Source: a virus. Taken from it: a DNA stretch of 64,000 nucleotides. Numbering within the stretch: position 1 is the first letter of the stretch; every line of letters begins with the position of its first letter. Positions 59,232 through 64,000 of this stretch are shown here, piece by piece. Both the position numbers and the translations under genes were made by a program. The notes beneath the pieces were generated by a model. The model was given only the letters and a program-made list of their open reading frames with translations. It ran no database searches and was not told where the DNA came from. The stretch lies in the IMG/VR virus record IMGVR_UViG_3300042465_006864, positions 69,832 to 133,831 of that record; one strand, written 5' to 3'.

Positions 59232-61526
59232 ATGATGGACCTTGACAAAAAAAATTGGACATTCAGCGCTTTAGAATCTTGGATGCATGTAACTAAATTA
59301 GCAGAATCTAAGAATCATAAAATAACCAACATCTATCACCTGCTGATCTCCTTATGGGAGCATAGCAACACACCTTTTCTTGAGTTTATAGAGAGCAAAG
59401 GTTTCTCCATTAAACCGAAAACTCTTCATACTATTGTAGAAAAATTCGCCAAGAAGAATCCTGATATGTTTTTCAGCACTGAAATGGAGTCTCTTGTCGA
59501 AAAAGAAATCCAGAATTGCATTTCAAATGCTACTATGCTCGCCATCAAGCATGAGAACATGTTCATTGGAACAGAGCATTTTATTTGGGGTGTTCTTCAA
59601 AGCTCAGAAAAGTTTTGCGATTTTCTCCTAGAGAATGGCATTGATACAGAGCATTTCAAAAACTCTATTGATGCTTTTCTTAAAAGCGATTCGATAGAAA
59701 TGATTGGCGATGATCTTGGTCTCGATCTTGACGATGAAGAAGATGCAGCTGAATCAAAACAACTTGGTCAATCTCAAATCAATAGATTTTGCATCTTGTT
59801 AAACGATGTTGTATCAAAGCCAGGTTTTGGCATTATTTCTGGTCGAGATAAAGAGATTAGCAGCCTAGAAGAAATTCTGAACTGCAAAATTAAAAGCAAT
59901 TGCGTTTTGCTTGGAGAGGCTGGAACTGGAAAAACTTCTGTTGTCGAAGGCTTAGCTCAAAACATTTCTTCGCCCAAGTATAACGGACCATTAAAAAACA
60001 AAAAAATATACTCTCTTGATGTTGGCTCTCTTATTGCTGGCAGCAAGTATCGTGGTCAATTTGAGATGCGCTTTAGTAAGCTAGTTGAAGAACTGAAAGC
60101 TGACGGTAATGCCATCTTGTTTATTGACGAAATTCACGGCATTATCGGCGCTGGCAGCGGCAAAGAGGGTTCTCCAGACTTTGCTAACCTAATCAAGCCA
60201 GCACTAGCTCGCGGCGAAATTAAGTGCATTGGCGCAACAACATATTCAGAATACAAAAAATACTTTGAAAAAGATGCCGCACTTACACGAAGATTCCACA
60301 TTTTAGATATTAAAGAACCTGACTTAGAACAAATGAAAGAAATTGTTCTCAAAGCAGCTCCAGCTTATGAAAAGTATCATGGAATCAAGTTCCCGAAAAA
60401 AATGTTAAAAATGTCAGTTGATATGTGCGAGACTTATTTGCCGCACAAGAAATTCATCGACAAAGCTTTTGATGTTATTGATCGCGCTTTTGCCAAAGCA
60501 AAAATTCGCATCTTCAATACGACTAATCAAACAGGTGAAGAACCAATCGCAGTTGTCACCATCGAAGACCTACTCAAAGTCGTGTCAGAGCTTTCTGGCA
60601 TGAATGTAGACACACTCAGAAAAAACATGGACAAAAAATTCTCTGATCTGGCAGATAACTTCAAAAAAGAAATCTTCGGTCAAGACAAAGCAATCGACAA
60701 AATCTACAATTGTTTGGCGTGTGCAAAAGCAGGACTCAATGCTCCAAATAAACCATTGTCTAGCTTTCTGTTTGTTGGTCCGACAAGCGTTGGCAAAACT
60801 CATACTGCCAAAAAAATTGCAAAAGAATTCTTCGGTAATGACAGTAGTTACCTGCAACTCAATATGAGCGAATATCAAGAATCAGCTTCTGTGTCTCGTC
60901 TTTTGGGGGCAAGTGCAGGATATGTTGGATATGACGAGGGAGGCATTCTCACAGATTTCGTGCGCAATAATCCCAATAGTCTCATTTTGTTTGATGAAAT
61001 CGAAAAGGGCAGCTTTTCTGTGTTGAATTTGTTGCTTCAAATCCTCGATGAAGGAAAGCTTAAAGATGGATATGGGCGCGACATTGACTTTTCTCGCACG
61101 ATTGTTGTTCTTACGAGCAACATTGGCGCAGTCGAAGCAAGCAAGCCGTCAATGGGCTTTATGTCTCACGTAGAAGATGTCACAAACTCTTTCGAATCTT
61201 CTATCAAACAGTCTCTATCTCCAGAGATGCGTTCACGTATTGATGAGATTATTATCTTTGAAAAAATCAATGGACAATCTCTTTCCAAGATTTTCGATCA
61301 ATGCGTTGAAGAACTCAAAGAGAGAGCAGATAAAAAGGGAATAAAAATCAACTGTCAAATCACTCTTTCAGATTTGGTCGATGACGTAAGCAAGCTACAC
61401 GCTCGCGAAATCAAAACAATCTTCCGAAACAAAGTCCAAACTTCACTCGCGCAATTCATCGCCTCTGGTAAAAAAAGTCGCAATTTGACGATAAAAGTTC
61501 TTGACAAATCGGTGGTAATCGCTTAG
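59232..61526 (+). CDS. ClpA-like AAA+ unfoldase
   Basis: Clp N domain, GEAGTGKT, FIDEIH, GPTSVGKT, GYVGY, FDEIEK, SMGF loop; no ClpB middle domain. Confidence 0.9.
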   Translation: MMDLDKKNWTFSALESWMHVTKLAESKNHKITNIYHLLISLWEHSNTPFLEFIESKGFSIKPKTLHTIVEKFAKKNPDMFFSTEMESLVEKEIQNCISNATMLAIKHENMFIGTEHFIWGVLQSSEKFCDFLLENGIDTEHFKNSIDAFLKSDSIEMIGDDLGLDLDDEEDAAESKQLGQSQINRFCILLNDVVSKPGFGIISGRDKEISSLEEILNCKIKSNCVLLGEAGTGKTSVVEGLAQNISSPKYNGPLKNKKIYSLDVGSLIAGSKYRGQFEMRFSKLVEELKADGNAILFIDEIHGIIGAGSGKEGSPDFANLIKPALARGEIKCIGATTYSEYKKYFEKDAALTRRFHILDIKEPDLEQMKEIVLKAAPAYEKYHGIKFPKKMLKMSVDMCETYLPHKKFIDKAFDVIDRAFAKAKIRIFNTTNQTGEEPIAVVTIEDLLKVVSELSGMNVDTLRKNMDKKFSDLADNFKKEIFGQDKAIDKIYNCLACAKAGLNAPNKPLSSFLFVGPTSVGKTHTAKKIAKEFFGNDSSYLQLNMSEYQESASVSRLLGASAGYVGYDEGGILTDFVRNNPNSLILFDEIEKGSFSVLNLLLQILDEGKLKDGYGRDIDFSRTIVVLTSNIGAVEASKPSMGFMSHVEDVTNSFESSIKQSLSPEMRSRIDEIIIFEKINGQSLSKIFDQCVEELKERADKKGIKINCQITLSDLVDDVSKLHAREIKTIFRNKVQTSLAQFIASGKKSRNLTIKVLDKSVVIA

Positions 61527-61538
61527 TATAACAGCGCA

Positions 61539-61766
61539 ATGAAGAACAAACAAACTAAAAAAACATCGGCAGTAGACGCAATGAAACAAGCAAAAGGTCG
61601 TTTCTTCGGTCTTTATCTCAAGAATGGAGAAGTAATTAACGCTCAGTTTCGTCGCGAAACTCCACAAAAAGTGTCGATTTATGATCGCAAAAATCGTCGT
61701 GAGCGACTGATCAATAAATCGGGAATTGATTTCGTCTTTACTAATAGTACAGGTTACGCTGCATAA
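61539..61766 (+). CDS. Small Sm/SH3-like protein
   Basis: KGRFFGLYLKNGE resembles 154..450; TTGACA-N17-TAGTAT promoter. Confidence 0.65.
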   Translation: MKNKQTKKTSAVDAMKQAKGRFFGLYLKNGEVINAQFRRETPQKVSIYDRKNRRERLINKSGIDFVFTNSTGYAA

Positions 61767-61789
61767 GTTCGTCGAATATAAAAAACCTA

Positions 61790-61816
61790 AAACCCAGTCG
61801 AAAGGCTGGGTTTTTT
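61790..61816 (+). terminator. Intrinsic terminator
   Basis: AAAACCCAGTC-GAAA-GGCTGGGTTTTTT. Confidence 0.85.
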
Positions 61817-61830
61817 CGTTATAATACAAA

Positions 61831-62889
61831 GTGAAATCTATAACAAATGCTGATAGACCTTATCTATTTTCTTTGAATCAAACAGATGCAGAAAATGAAC
61901 TCTTGGCAGCTAATCTACTTAAAAAGATTGGCTTTTCTTCTGTAGAGGATGTTGTTTTTTTGGATTCACAGATGGACTTCGATTGTTTTAAAGCTACGGT
62001 TGATAGACAATCACGATACTTCAAATACTCTTTCGATGGCGATGGCTCATTTTTCGCGCATGAGTATAGCATTCTCAAACAGCTAGCGCCATTTGCCCCT
62101 GTTGCTTACAAACACGGCAAGACAAAGTATAGCGAACAGCTACAATATATTGTCACTTCATTTGAAGCAGCAGACACGGTAACAGATTTTGGCATCTCAT
62201 CTATCATAGAGAATAGCGATTCATTCTTATACTCTTTTGATAAATTGCGAGGCGTAAAGGTAGATAGAACATTCACGCATTATATCAATGATTTGTTTTC
62301 TCGCTGCGATATAGAACAGCTACCAGAACATTCACTTGCCGCTATTACAGATCATTCTAACATCAATAATCTGCGGTCAATTCTTCAAATTCTGAAAAAC
62401 GAAATTGAATATCTTTCGCGGCAGAGCTTCTGTAAAACTTCTGACTTTTGTCACGGAAAGCTCAACACTGATAACATTTTAATCAGAAATAATTTGTTTA
62501 AATTCCAGCACCTACAAAACGGTTACATGGGAAATCAGTTGTTTGATTTGTGCTACTTGTTTATCAACATGGGCGTTCCGCTAGAATATCAAAGGCAATT
62601 TACCATGGATTATAAATCTTTATTCCCCGATTTTAATCAGGAACAGTTTATTGAAGAGTATAATTCGTGCTTCAATTTAATGATTCGTCTGTTTGTTTAT
62701 GAAACGATTTTCAACTATCTGTGCGAGATATATCTATACGAAAGTTCTCGTCCCGCGAAAATACTGCATATGGTAAGCGTATTCTTACGTAATGAAGAGG
62801 CATTGGCAATGATACCAAGCCTCAGTCAATATACTACCTTTTTAGTAAGAGATATTATGGAACCTTTGATTGGCAGCGTAGATCGCTAA
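61831..62889 (+). CDS. APH/choline-kinase-fold protein
   Basis: YFK...HEYSIL, FCHGKLNTDNIL, GNQLFDL. Confidence 0.6.
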   Translation: MKSITNADRPYLFSLNQTDAENELLAANLLKKIGFSSVEDVVFLDSQMDFDCFKATVDRQSRYFKYSFDGDGSFFAHEYSILKQLAPFAPVAYKHGKTKYSEQLQYIVTSFEAADTVTDFGISSIIENSDSFLYSFDKLRGVKVDRTFTHYINDLFSRCDIEQLPEHSLAAITDHSNINNLRSILQILKNEIEYLSRQSFCKTSDFCHGKLNTDNILIRNNLFKFQHLQNGYMGNQLFDLCYLFINMGVPLEYQRQFTMDYKSLFPDFNQEQFIEEYNSCFNLMIRLFVYETIFNYLCEIYLYESSRPAKILHMVSVFLRNEEALAMIPSLSQYTTFLVRDIMEPLIGSVDR

Positions 62890-63345
62890 TTATGCTATTT
62901 CGTCGCTAGACTCTTCAGCAATAATTTCTGGTTCAGAAAAATCTGGTAATGGCGGCTCAATTACTGGATCTACAATAACTTCTGGATCAGGTGTAGGCTC
63001 AAGCTCAACTACTACAGGTTGTTTAAGTGTTACTATTCCATCAACAATTTCAAACTCTCTTGCGGCAACTGCAATAGCTACGACACCTTCGCTATTTGCT
63101 CTGCTTTTAATTTCGTTTAACGCTTTAGCACTATATTCATGATTAGCGAACAACGGCATCAATTGATTATTGTCATATAGTTTTTGCAGAACTGCTGTCA
63201 ATCTATCGTCTGGCAAATTCCAAAAAACTTGGTGAGAGTTATTGAGAGAATGTATAGCAGCATTGACTGCATTCAAGAACGTGGTTGCTGATGCTTCTAT
63301 GCTGGCGATGTCAATATCTATTTGTTGTTTTGTTATTAAGTTCAT
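62890..63345 (-). CDS. Hypothetical protein with P/E-rich tail
   Basis: 151-aa ORF. Confidence 0.7.
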   Translation of the reverse strand: MNLITKQQIDIDIASIEASATTFLNAVNAAIHSLNNSHQVFWNLPDDRLTAVLQKLYDNNQLMPLFANHEYSAKALNEIKSRANSEGVVAIAVAAREFEIVDGIVTLKQPVVVELEPTPDPEVIVDPVIEPPLPDFSEPEIIAEESSDEIA

Positions 63346-63348
63346 ATG

Positions 63349-63999
63349 TTAAAATCTTAGTGAGTTCCAATTTGATGGAGCAGCAGAAGTTCCTGTTACT
63401 TTATAGTATAAGTAATCTATGAAAAGTTGAGATCTATTGGGAGAAGTATAAGTGAAATGACCACTTTGTAGACCTATCTCGTTACTAGCTCCAGTAGCAT
63501 ATAATTCACCTCTCCTATTCCATGTGCTAATAGTTGGATGAGTGGCTGTATTATAACTGGCTTGAAATAAAACAACATTGTCTCTAGTAATAATTATTGT
63601 TATAGTTGGTCCAACGGCTCGATCAATTTTATATGTAATATTAACCCATTTATTAATTAAGTCAGTGAAATTAAATCCAGTATCTAAGAAGTCAACATTT
63701 GCAGCGGTCGTTGTAAATGTAAATGGAGTTACAGTAGTAGACTTATAAGTTCCTAATACAAAATTAGTAGGATGTAGAAATGGGTTAAAAATTAAACCAG
63801 CACGTAAGGCAGTATCAGAGCCACCTGTTCCTCCCTTTGGTATTGGTCCAATTTTGAAATATCCCTGAGTCGCAAAATCCGCACCATTTATGAATACACG
63901 AGATGTAAATTCATCTATTCTATTTGTTAAACTATATGGTATAGTTGTTCTATTTATACCAATATAATAAGCTTGACTATTTGCTGTTGGTCCTCTAAC
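63349..63999 (-). CDS. C-terminal part of a beta-rich (tail fibre-like) protein, truncated by window edge
   Basis: Frame read by hand at both ends: VRGPTANSQAYYIG...DYLYYKVTGTSAAPSNWNSLRF-stop. Confidence 0.55.
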   Translation of the reverse strand, partial: VRGPTANSQAYYIGINRTTIPYSLTNRIDEFTSRVFINGADFATQGYFKIGPIPKGGTGGSDTALRAGLIFNPFLHPTNFVLGTYKSTTVTPFTFTTTAANVDFLDTGFNFTDLINKWVNITYKIDRAVGPTITIIITRDNVVLFQASYNTATHPTISTWNRRGELYATGASNEIGLQSGHFTYTSPNRSQLFIDYLYYKVTGTSAAPSNWNSLRF

Positions 64000-64000
64000 A

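Noticed and set aside
1-64000. tRNA/rRNA genes, integrase or repressor, alternative genetic code
   Set aside because: None recognised by eye; long genes are intact under the standard code. tRNAscan-SE would be needed to exclude tRNAs formally.

Overview
This window is about 64 kb of a lytic tailed dsDNA phage (long tape measure and tail-tube genes, no sheath seen). (1) 1-4.8 kb: at least 13 small minus-strand early genes, 12 with their own sigma70-type promoter and most nearly leaderless. They are separated by four copies of a ~93-bp palindromic element inside CTAAC...GTTAG inverted ends. (2) 5-37.5 kb: PhoH, sigma factor, ERCC4 nuclease, TerL, portal, protease/scaffold, capsid, an inverted neck/tail-tube block, chaperones, a 2791-aa tape measure protein (TMP) and tail proteins. 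(3) 37.5-50 kb: SSB, a second sigma factor, dNMP kinase, dUTPase, class I RNR and a glycan-synthesis island. (4) 50-62 kb: RecA, DnaB, primase, exonuclease, a three-gene split DnaE and a ClpA-like ATPase. The most notable observations are the repeat-delimited early gene array, nuclease-like cargo domains bracketed by AxG(F/L/Y)IPNF repeats inside the TMP, a -1 frameshift plus attenuator-like RNA switch after the tail tube gene, and a GTGTAA-N8-10-ATG leaderless late promoter. All product calls come from motif recognition by eye; no database searches were run.
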